A stretch of 64,000 nucleotides of DNA from NCBI RefSeq assembly GCF_902713615.1, contig NC_052163.1:14952248-15016247 (forward strand). Direction: 5' to 3'. The notes beneath the pieces are model-generated. The model was not told where the DNA came from, searched no databases, and was given only the letters and a program-made list of their open reading frames with translations. Shown in pieces: positions 37,189 through 48,732 of this stretch. This DNA comes from Scyliorhinus canicula. Lineage: Eukaryota. Position numbers and translations under genes: made by a program. Within the stretch, counting starts at the first letter, position 1. Every line of letters begins with the position of its first letter.

Positions 37189-39819
37189 TAATTTTGGACG
37201 GTGCACCGCACTTAGCCCCATGTTATTGTTGGCCCCTATCTGTGGCAACTATCTTTTTGTGCCGTCAAGTTTATGCTTGACGTTGAGGTTGTGGGAGGGA
37301 AATGTCTTGAGAGGTTTGGGGACTTGTTCGTGGAGGGCGGTTTGTCAGTAAAGTTTCAACTCTCTGGGGCGAACTAAATTTTTAAAACATGAAGAAACCA
37401 AGATAAAGGACCAAGTGCTGTCATACAAAGTTGAAACAAATAGGAAAAAAACAATAGACGCATTAATTTAAAAAAAAATTTAGAGTACCCAATTCATTTT
37501 TTCAATTAAGGGGCAATTTAGTGTGGCCAATCCACCTACCTTGCATATCTTTTTGGGGGCGAAATCCAAGCAAACACGAGGAGAATGTGCAAACTCCACA
37601 CAGCCAGTGACCCAGATCCGGGATCGAACCTGAGACCTCGGTGCCGTGAGGCAACAGTGCTAACCACTACGCCACCGTGCTGCCCCACAGACACATTGAT
37701 TTATCTTGTAGTTTAGATTAATGGTTTGCTTATTACAGTGTTAGTTATTTCTGTCACAAGACTTTCTACTGCAACTTTCTTCAAACCCATAGTTTACAGA
37801 TTTAAGTTTTGTGGAATACCTCTAATCCTTTTCAAGATAATTTCTAAATTACCCTTGGCTACTTATCTCAACTGCACTCATCTGACTTCCTTGATGTCCT
37901 GATCCCAATATGTTGACTGTAATCTCCCCACCTCCCCAATGTGCCTGACCCTGATCATCTCTCTGTCTCTCTATGATCTGCCTTCCCAATTCAAGGTTCT
38001 AATCCCTTGGAGGAATTACAATGTTGCAAAGGTGGGGGTGAGCAGCCTTGGTGTCAAGACTTGCCATCAAACAGGATGCCAGGATTATGATGGCCTGGTT
38101 CAACCTGACAGTGAGGCTTCAAGGGGGCAGGGTTTGTGATGGATCCCAAAACAATAGCTTCAGACTTCCCGATTTGACCTGGAGGGAATCATTCATCCGA
38201 GTGAATCTTCACAGTACTCACTCCAAGACCAATTTATTTGTATCCTGAATTTGATGCTCCAAACTGAAGATGTTTGAGATGATGATGTGGGAAAGGGAAG
38301 AGAAGCCATCGCTGGAGTTGGACTCACTCTTTGCTTAAGAAGGAATTGAATTATGCAAGGACAACTGCATGCACCTGCAAAATGGGCGGAAGGATGGTAT
38401 CGCCAAGCAAACACTGGAGGGGGGGGGGGGGTATCATTGGACAGGTACCTCAGCCTTGGAGGAAGTCACTTGTGGCTTTGGCTCGTACTGTTGTGGGAAG
38501 GTTGGAAGCGAACAGGAGGGATTCAAAGGGAATAGTGAGAGGAATGAACATGAGGCTAGGATGCAGCAGCACGGTCAGTCACGGACTATGGAAAGGGAAG
38601 AGAGATTGAATTTAGGATGACAGTTGAAGACAACGGATGGTTAAATGCAAAAGGGCAAGAAACAGGAGGGAGAGTTTCAAAAATGGACTGAATCTTTTTT
38701 TAAATAAATTTCGAGTACCCAATTTATTTTTTTCCAATTAAGGGGCAATTTAACGTTGCCAATCCACCTGCGCTGCACATCTTTGGGTTGTGGAGGTGAA
38801 ACCCACGCAAACACGGGGAGAATGTGCAAACTCCACACGGAGTGACCCAGAGCCGGGATCGAACCTGTGACCTCAGCGTCGCAAGGCAGCAGTGCTAACC
38901 ACTGCACCCCCGTGCTGCCCTTAAATGGACTTCATCTTGAAGGTGAAACAAAGGAGCTCAGCAACTTTCGTCTGAACTAAAACATGTAAAGTGGCTACTT
39001 GATCAACATAAGAGAAGGTATATAGGTCAGTCCAACCATGAGCTACAGATCTGATGAATCAAAAAGAACCACTGCCATTTTGTTTAACAGTCTTAAAATG
39101 CATTAAAGTTGCATTAAGTCACATACTGTAAAGTACAGGGGACATCTGCTTGAATGATTGTTTTAATAACACAAGAACTTAAGGTGTGCGCTTCCTTTAA
39201 TTCATTTTATTAACATGCCATTGGTTGCAACTGCAATTCACTTAGATGCCTTGGAAATGTCCGTGTGGGTCTGCTCGATACCAGGAACTGCAACTGGAGC
39301 ATTGCCAAAGGACACATTCAGATAGAACTCAATAGCGTCTTACTTTGTTCCCAAACAGATGACTTTGCAAAAACTATTTGTGTGGGCGAGAGAGAGACAC
39401 ACAGTTATGGCTCTCGCAGAGAATCATTCAGAACCATTAAGCATATAAAAAACTGACAGTGCAATATCCATTTCTGCTAAATTAGTTAATATATTAGAAT
39501 AGATAAAGTATTGTTGCTTTTCCAATAATCTGCTGTTGTTGAGCTGTCCCTAACAGAATGGCCTGTGTTTCCGAATTCTATAACTCTTAGTTTCTGTGCT
39601 TCTGACCAGTATCAACAAGCTGTAACAATGTTTGTGTGCATGTTACAAGAGTGAGACAGGTCAAAAATAATTTTTAAAACTGCCTGCCCAAACTGAGGAT
39701 AACTAAATGTCATTCTTCACATTTATAAGGTAATCAGAACCAATGAGTTGAATCATTGCATAAATAATTAGTAGTTGCATATAGTCCCTTTCATATCTAG
39801 TGGAGTATTTTGAAATATG

Positions 39820-39990
39820 GGGGAAACAGCAGTCAATGCGCACAGAGCAAGGCCTCACAAATAGCAATGTAATAAATGATCATCTATATTTTTAGTGAGT
39901 TTGTTTGTGGAATAAACATGGGGCAGAGAAAGAGAGCTCCCCTGCTGCTTGAATAGTGCCATTGGGCCTTATATGTTTACCTGAGGGGGC
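39820..39990. mobile_element. Ancient DeuSINE (SacSINE1/AmnSINE-like) relic
   Basis: gcgcacagagcaaggcctcacaaatagcaatgt...ctcccctgctgcttgaatagtgccat resembles the recalled Deu-domain consensus. Confidence 0.5.
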
Positions 39991-40486
39991 ATAAGAGCAT
40001 ATGCAGCAGGGGCAGGTGTAGACCATACTGGCCATTGAGTCTATTCCGCTATTCAATATGATCATGGATGATCCTGGCTCAGCTTCATTTTTCTGCCAGC
40101 CCCCAATATTCCTTAATTTCTTGAGAGACCAAAAATCTGTCTATCCTAATCTTAAATGTATTCAACGAGGCAGCATTAACAACCCTCTGGAGTCGAGAAT
40201 TCCAAAGATTCACACCTCTTTAAGTGAAGTAAATTCTTTTTTTTTAAATTTAGAGTACCCAATTCATATTTTCCAATTAAGGGGCAATTTAGCTTGGCCA
40301 ATCCACCTACCCTACACATCTTTGGGTTGTGGGGGCGAAACCCACACGGGGAGAATGTGCAAACTCCACACGGACAGTGACCCAGAGCCAGGATCGAACC
40401 TGGGACCTTGGCGCCGTGAGACTACAGGGCTAACCCACTGCACCACCTTGCTGCCTGAGTGAAGTAATTTCATCTCAGTCCTAAAA

Positions 40487-40662
40487 GGGGCTGGTTTAGC
40501 ACAGTGGGCTAAATCGCTGACTTGTAATGCAGAACACAGCCAGCAGCGTGGGTTCAATTCCCATACCGGCCTCCCCAAACAGGCACCGGAATGTGGCAAC
40601 TAGGGACTTTTCACAGTTACTACATTGAAGCCTACTTGTGACAATAGGTTATTATTACTATT
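40487..40662 (+). mobile_element. Short SINE with a different tRNA-like head and a subfamily-C-like tail
   Basis: GGGGCTGGTTTAGCACAGTGGGCTAAA...GGTTCAATTCC head, no V-domain, then the C-type tail. Confidence 0.7.
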
Positions 40663-42568
40663 ATTTGTCCATTTTCCTGAGACTGTTGATATGGAAACAT
40701 TTCTAAGTGTCATTTTGGGCGCAATTGACACGGTGTTTACCGACCTTTGGTCGCATTGGTGTTGTGCAAGCAGACCCCAAATCTCTTTGACCACCAACAA
40801 GTTTCACGCCTTTTAAAGAATATTTTTCGCACTGCTGCCTCATGGCGCCGAATGGCCAATCCACCTAATCTGCACATCTTTGGGTTGTGGGGGTGAAACC
40901 CATGCAGACACGGGGAGAATGTGCAAACTCCACTCGGACAGTGACCCAGGGCCGGGATCGAACCAGGTCCTTAGCGCTGTAGGCAGCTGTGCTAACCATT
41001 TAACGTCTTATTCAAAACTCCCTCCAAAATGCACTGGAGCTTTAGCCCAAATTATGCGGCCAAGCCTCTGGAGAGGTGCTTAAATCCATCACTTTCTGAC
41101 TCTGAAACAAACGTTCTAAACACTTAAGTCCCAGTTTGATCATTTGTAACAGCCTTTTAGCATGCTGAATCTATATATATAGTAACATTCACTCGCATGC
41201 CCATCAAAATCAAATGATACAAAAAAACTATTTTACTTGTTCCTGATTGAAGCCATGTAAAGATTTTTCTTTCTTTCAAGATGTGATGAAAAGACAGTAG
41301 TCTCATATTTTGTATGTGAATATAATCAGTTACTAAAGTTTATGGAGAGAATTCGGATCAAGGACAAAGAATGTTGGGCAGCACGGTGGCGCAGTGAGTT
41401 AACCCGACGTCCCAGGTTCAATCCCAGCTCTGGGTCACTGTACGTGTGGAGTTTGCACATTCTCCCTGTGTTTGCGTGGGTCTCGCCCCCACAACCCAAA
41501 GATTGGCCATGCTAAATTGCCCCTTAATTGGAAAAAATGAATTGGGTACTCTAAATTTATATTAAAAAAAAGAACCAGAATGTTGGAAATGGTGACATCT
41601 GTGCCATAGCTATTCTTTAATCTTAAATTAAAGAGGGCAGCACGGTGGCCTAGTGGTTAGCACAACCGCCTCACGGCGCTGAGGTCCCAGGTTCGATCCC
41701 GGCTCTGGGTCACTGTCCGTGTGGTGTTTGCACATTCTCCCCGTGTCTGCGTGGGTTTCGCCCCCACAACCCAAAAATGTGCAGAGTAGGTGGACTGGCC
41801 ACGCTAAGTTGCCCCTTAATTAGAAAAAATAATTGGGTAATCTAAATTTATAAAAAAAAAAATCTTAAATTAAAGAAAATATGAGTTTGTGAAGCTAGTG
41901 TATGGGTGCTTCTGCACTACGCACGTTTAAAAGAGGCCAGAAGTTCATTTATATCCAAATGAGTATTGCTTCATAGTTGTATTGGAAACGTTTTTGATAA
42001 TCTGTTGGCTTTACTGGATTTGTAAAATGACTTAATTTCCTGTGATTCTTTTAAGAACCAAATATATATTTAAAACAGGAGAAATATAATCAAGAAAAAT
42101 TTGTTAATGAATTCTCATTTTTATATATATATAAATATATATACAAATATTCGAAAAATAACCATTTGCTCTGGCCAATCATGACCTTTTTTTCAGAGCA
42201 CTGGCCTCCAATTTAAATAAAAATTAAAACTGGAAAATGTGCTAAAATGTAAACTGCACAGTTTAAAGTTTGGTGGCCATGTTTGGCAGGGGATGCAGTG
42301 CGCACTGGGTGCATCAGGATATTCCACATGCATGTTCCTTATTCACTGAATTGTTTGGGACCTTGGTTCAATGTGTTTTACGGCACACCACCGAAGTATT
42401 GGGCTAAAAGAATAAAAGGTGTCTCATTTTCCTCGATGCTGCAACATTTAAGTTTCACAAAGAGAAGTTGCTCCATTTATTTCTTCCTGTCAGGGTTGCT
42501 ATAGAAACTGGTCGAGTCCGCAACAGACACGCACACATTCATATTTTTATAAAAGTGCCTTAAGCATG

Positions 42569-45500
42569 TGTAATGAACTCCAATTGGCTTTATTGGTTGG
42601 CCAATTGGAGTATGAGCTCCCTCAATGATAGCTCATTGAGGGGGCCCATATAATCACCTGTGTAGGCTTTGTGAGCCAGTCTTAAGTTGACTGGACTGCT
42701 AGCAGCACTGTTAGTAGCTGCTCCTGTAATATCATTATTGTAAATAAATATTGGTGTGGTGACGGAACTCCGGCCTCCCGTGGATTACTACAGTGGCGAC
42801 GAGGTAAACTAAGAATTTTGCGGAGATCAGCTGCCGCACTCAGAGCGTAAGCTTTGCCATTTTAAAAATGCCGTTTTTTGGGAGGTTAGAGGCATTCGAC
42901 CCGGCTATTGAGGACTGGTCCCAGTATGTGGAGAGAATGTGTTACTTCTTCCGGGCAAATGATATACTGACGGACGAAAGGAGACGGCTTATCCTGCTGT
43001 CGGCGTGTGGACCTTCAGCTTTCTCCATTATACGTAGTCTGACTTATTCCGATGCGCCGGACATGAAAACTTTCCAAGAAGTAACGGAATTGGTGAAAGA
43101 ACACTACGACCCAAAACCACCCCTCATTTTGCGTAGGTACAGATTCTACACAGCGAAGCGGGAAGACAGGGAGTCAGTCACGAATTTCTTGACCCACCTG
43201 AGAAGGCTGGCGGAAAAATGTGAGTTTGGCCCGACGCTAAATGAAATGCTTCGGGACCGGTTAGTGTGTGGTATAAACAACCTCACAATACAGAAACGCC
43301 TGTTGGTGGAAACGGAGCTAGACTGCAGGAAGGCGTTACAGCTCGCACTGTCCCTAGAAAAGGCAGCAAGTGGGGCGCACTACAGGGCACGCCAATGGAG
43401 GTAGATACCTGTGAGAGGGACTACCACAACGGGTCCTGCTACCAGATAGCCGCTCTCAGGAAAAGCCTGAGGAATAGAGGGAAAAAGGAAAACCCCAGAA
43501 CTGCCCCCAAGTCTGCCAGGACTAACTGGAGACAGAGGGAAGTACCGACTGAGGCTACCCCAACAGAGAAGGACCGTTTCTGGCACCAGACAGAGTGGGG
43601 TAACAGCGACAGAAACCCTAGAAGGAGGTGGCAAAAGAGGAATAGCAGGTGGGGACGCAGGAAAGTACACAACCAGACGCCCCATCCTCCTCTGTGGGAA
43701 CAATTATATAATATTGCAACGAAGAAAGCAGAACCCATTAAGATTACCCCACGGGTGAACGGGCGTCGACAATAATGGAAATAGACACGGGTGCGGCCGT
43801 ATCAGTAATGGGAGTGGCAGCATTTAGAAAAATCAAAGATGGACTCCAGCCACTAACCCTAACAAAAACATCGACGAAACTTAAAACCTACACGGGGGAA
43901 CCCCTGGAAGTTCTAGGCACGACTCATGTACCCGTTGAATCATAGAATTTACAGTACAGAAGGAGACCATTCGGCCCATCGAGTCTGCACCGGCTCTTGG
44001 AAAGAGCACACTACCCAAGGTCAACACCTCCCCCTATCCCAATAACCCAGTAACCCCACCTAACACTAAGGGCAATTTTGGACACTAAGGGCAATTTATC
44101 ATGGCCAATCCACCTAACCTGCACATCTTTGGACTGTGGGAGGAAACCGGAGCACCCGGAGGAAACCCACGCACATACGGGGAGGATGTGCAGACTCCGC
44201 ACAGACAGTGACCCAAGCTGGAATTGAACCTGGGACCCTGGAGCTGTGAAGCCATTGTGCTATAGTACAATAGTAGAGGGCTCCAGACCAAGCTTAATTG
44301 GACGAAACTGGCTGAAAGACCTAAAATTAGATTGGATGAAAATTTTCCAGAGTGGAAGCGGGCAGTTGAGTGGAGTACTCCAAAAATACCCGGAGGTCTT
44401 CCAGGAAGGTTTGGGGGAAATCTTAGGTGCCAAAGCAACTTTGCACATGGACCCAGAAGCCCTTCCAAAATTTTGTACGGCCAGGCCGGTACCTTTTGCA
44501 TTAAGGAAGAAAATAGATGGCGAAATAGAAAGGTTACGGCGCGACGGCATTATCAGACCAGTACAGTTCTCGGAATGGGCAGCGCCGGTGGTACCAATTT
44601 TGAAGCCAGACGGCTCGATACGTCTCTGTGGAGATTTCAAACAGACGGTAAACAAATACGCACTGCTGGACAAATACCCAATCCCGAAAATAGACGACCT
44701 ATATGCCAAATTGGCAGGTGGGCTTTTGTTCACGAAACTGGACATGAGCCACGCCTACCTGCAGTTAAAACTGGACAAGGACTCCCAGAAGTTTGCTACG
44801 ATCAACAGCCTGAAGGGCCTTTTTCGTTATACTAGGCTACCTTTCGGAGTGTCATCAGCCTGCGCTATATTCCAGCGTACGATGGAAAATATTCTGCAGG
44901 GACTACCGCAGGTGGCGATTTATTTGGACGATGTCTTAATCACGGATAGGACAAACAGGGAACACTTAAGGAACCTGGAGGAAGTGCTCAGGCGTTTCGC
45001 AAAGGCAAGCGTACGGCTAAAAAGGGAAAGATGTGTTTTTCTGGCCCCACAAGTGACGTACCTGGGATATAAAGTAATGAGTCAGGCTTACACCCATTAG
45101 AAGACAGAGTAAGGGCAATAAAAGAAGCCCCAGCTCCCACCACGGTCCAGGAGTTACGATCATTTCTAGGGTTGGTAACCTATTATGGAAAATTTATTGA
45201 AAATAGGGCGTCCATCCTAGAACCCCTCCATCAGCTACTAAAAAAGGGGCAAGAATGGAAATGGTCCGCCCGCCAAAACCGAGCATTTAGGGACATTAAG
45301 GAACAGCTGTCATCCGAAAATGTCCTAGAGCATTATGACCCAAGGAAGGAGTTGGTGGTCACTTGTGATGCATTCCCCCATGGGGTAGGAGCCATCTTAG
45401 CCCATAGAGGAAGGAATGGGGAATAACGGCCAATAGCCTATGCTTCGAGGACTTTGGCGATGGCTGAGAGGAAGTACGCCCAAATCGAGAAGGAAGGACT

Positions 45501-47284
45501 GGCTGTGATATTCGCAGTAAAAAAATTTCACCAGTATCTGTATGGGCAGAAATTTTGTAAGGCCGTTATTAGGGTTATTAAACCCTAAGCCGTTTAATAA
45601 GCCGTTATTAGGGTTATTAAAAGAAGACAAGTCAATACCCCCGATTGCATCAGCTAGAATCCAACGCTGGGCGTTGCTACTGGCGGCATATAGATACGTT
45701 CTGGAGCACAGACCGGGAATGCGAGTAGCAAATGCAGATGCACCCATACTGGAGCAGAAGGGACCAAATAACCGTAGAAGACGGTATCCTATTATGGGGA
45801 GCCCGGGTAATAGTCCCAGCTCAGGGCCGTCAGGCAATCTTAACCGAGTTACATCACGGACACCCAGGGGTGTCTAAAATGAAGATGCTAGCTCAAAGCT
45901 ACGTTTGGTGGCCAGGTTTGGACACAGACATGGCAGCCTTGGTACGTCGGTGCCAGGAGTGTCAACAGGGGCAAAGAGTGCCACCAGCTGCGCCATTGCA
46001 CCCGTGGGAATGGCCAGGCAGACCGTGGACCCGCCTGCATATTGACCACGCCGGCCCTTTCATGGGCTCAATGTTTTTGGTGATAGTGGACGCCCACTCC
46101 AAATGGTTGGACGTCCACCGGGTAAACACGGCAAGCACAGCATCGACAATCGAAAAGCTCAGGGCCTCGTTTGCAACACATGAACTTCCGGAGGTATTGG
46201 TGTCGGACAACGGAACGGCATTCACAAGTGGGGAATTTGGAAAATTCCTGAAGGAAAACGTAGTCCGTCACATCAAAACGGCCCCTTACCATCCAACGGC
46301 CTGGCAGAGAGAGCGGTCCAGACACTTAAAGCGGGACTCAAGAAGCAGCCGGCAGCGTCAATGGACACAAAGCTCTCCCGCTGGCTGTTTGATTACAGGA
46401 CCACACAGCATTCCACAACGGGCATACCGCCAGCTGAACTCTTAATGGGAAGGCGGCTGCGAACGAGGCTGAGTCTCCTTTTCCCAAATTTAACGGGGAA
46501 AGTGGAGAAACATCAGGAGGCCCAACGCAGGGGGCATGATAATAGTTGGCAGCAGAGACATTTCCAGGTGGGGGCACCGGTTTGGGTCAAGAATTATGGG
46601 AATGGACCAACATGGGTCAAAGGCACGGTAGAGTCCCAAACAGGGCCCATATCCTATGAGGTTTCGATAGGAGGTAAGGCGCTGAAGAAACACCTAGACC
46701 AAATAAGGGCAGCGGAACCACACCTGGAGGCAGGCGAAGCAGGACCGCCTCAAGCTGGGATAGCCCAGACGGAAAGGATACCCACACCCCAGCCCCGAGC
46801 AATTTCTCCAGAGCCAGTCGTCAGAGTCGGAGATGGACACGCTCGACGAGGCCGCCGCGACACCTCTCCCCAAGGAGGAGGAAGAACAACTTCCAAGGAG
46901 GTCGTCAAGGAAAAGACCGGCACCTATAAGGTACACCCCGCCCACTTCGGAGAACGACCCGGCAGACGACACAGAGGTGACAGACACAGACATGAGGAGC
47001 AGGAAGAAGCTCAGAGGAATGCCAGCTGGCAGGAATTCCTCGGACCTTGGGGGGGAGGGGTGTAATGAACTCCAATTGGCTTTATTGGTTGGCCAATTGG
47101 AGTATGAGCTCCCTCAATGATAGCTCATTGAGGGGGGCCATATATGCACCTGTGTAGGCTTTGTGAGCCAGTCTTAAGTTGACTGGAATGTTAGCAGCAC
47201 TGTTTGTAGCTGCTCCTGTAATATCATTATTGTAAATAAATATTGGTGTGGTGATGGAACTCCTGCCTCCCGTGGATTACTACA
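42569..47284 (+). mobile_element. Full-length, decayed Ty3/Gypsy LTR retrotransposon (Mag-like)
   Basis: 224-bp TG..CA LTRs at 42569-42792 and 47061-47284 with about 8 differences by eye. 5-bp TSD GCATG. PBS TGGCGACGAGG at 42794 (complementary to the tRNA-Ser(GCU) 3' end). G-rich PPT at 47049-47060. Order gag-PR-RT-RH-IN. Confidence 0.95.
42868..46800 (+). pseudogene. Gypsy gag-pol, disrupted
   Basis: Gag GRLEAFDPAIEDWSQYVER...LRDRLVCGI; protease EIDTGAAVS near 43780; RT LPFGVSSA/YLDD (44246-45100); RNase H TCDA; integrase H..HPG..C..C and SDNG. Several frameshifts, a stop, a SINE insertion and an apparent deletion near 45740. Confidence 0.9.
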
Positions 47285-48093
47285 GCATGTGTCACTCCAG
47301 TGCCACTAAACTGAATTGGAACTGTGGTTTACTGATGCTACCACAAATGTGTTACAAATACAGTTTATTGAAAAAGTTTTTTTAAAAAAGAGGCCAGAAG
47401 GAGGGCAGGTGTGTGGTATTTAATAGCCCGCCTTGGGCTGAGAAAGTGTTAAGAGATATATCAGAGTACCTCTGAGCACTAATGATTGGAGACAGTCAGA
47501 CGTAATATGTTGGGATGAATAGGAACTAGAGATAGTGCACAGGCTGCAGTTTAAAGAGCCACGTCGACAACTAACTACAAGCGAGGGAAGTCAAACAAAA
47601 GTAAACGCCATTAAATTGAGGAAAGCAAATTAAATCTGCATCGTGTAGGAGGTTAAGGAATGTTATGAAGGAAGCGATTCAAGAACATTTAACAACAGTA
47701 AAACAACTGTTCCAAGCCAACATGGGTATATAAAAGGCAAGTCATGTTTAACAAAATTATTTCAGGATACAAGAGATTGGTGAATGCCATATATTCTGAC
47801 TCTCAGAAGGAAATTGATGAGGCACCTCAAAAGAGCCTTTGTTCAGAGCATAGAGAGATGTTTTCAACAAGATAATAAATTGATTTAAGGATAATTAAAG
47901 TCTTGTGTTCAATTAAACTTTTACGAAAGGGAAGGTTTCAGTGCTTTAGTGTTTTGTGCAGCACACTTAGTATAAACTAAGCCGTGCTTATATCAAATAT
48001 TGATTTTTAATTCATCGGCTCGAAACATGAAATTGGATGTTCAAAAGACAAAACTTGATGAAGCAGAGACTTAGGACTGGATGCTCAGATCAT

Positions 48094-48732
48094 GGGCGGG
48101 ATTCTCCAAGCCCCACGCTGGGCCGGAGAATCGGCGCAACCGCGCCACGCCGCCCTGACGCCGGCGCACGATTCTCCGATTCACGATTCTCTCAGCGCCG
48201 TGCTAACCACTTCTCTGGCCCGGATGGGCCAAGCGGCCGCGCGGATATGGCAGAATCCCGCTGGCGCCGTTCGCCCCTGGTCGCTGGCGGCAGGAACTCT
48301 GCGCGAAGGGTCGGGGGGCGGCCTGTGGGGCAGGGCAAAGCGCTCTTTCACCAGGGGGGGGGCCTCCGATGGGGTCTGGCCCACGATCGGGGCTCACCGA
48401 TCGGCGGGCCGGCCTTCCCCCCAACCCCGGGCCTACTTTGTTGCGCTTCCGGCCCCAGAACCCCCGCGCCATGTTGCGTCAGGGCTGGAGCGTTCCGTGA
48501 GTCTACCTCGCATGCGTTGGTTGGCGCTTCTCCACTGCGCATGCGTGGGTTGGCGCCGCCCCCAGTCTGCGCCAGGATGTAAGGCTGGAGCAGCGTGAAC
48601 CACTCCAGCACCGTGCTGGACCCCTGTGGGGGACAGAATCGGTTGTCCCCACGCCCGTTTTGCGCCGTCGTGAAACGCGATGGCATTCACGACGGCGCGG
48701 ACACTTAGTCCCGCGATCAGTGAATCACGCCC
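48094..48732. mobile_element. GC-rich non-autonomous DNA element, PIF/Harbinger-like
   Basis: Imperfect TIRs GGGCGGGATTC / GAATCACGCCC and a 3-bp TSD CAT. Confidence 0.7.

Noticed and set aside
45557-45622. TTAGGG-containing duplication in the Gypsy RNase H region as telomeric sequence
   Set aside because: It is a short local duplication and inversion of coding sequence (KPLLGLL), not a telomeric array.
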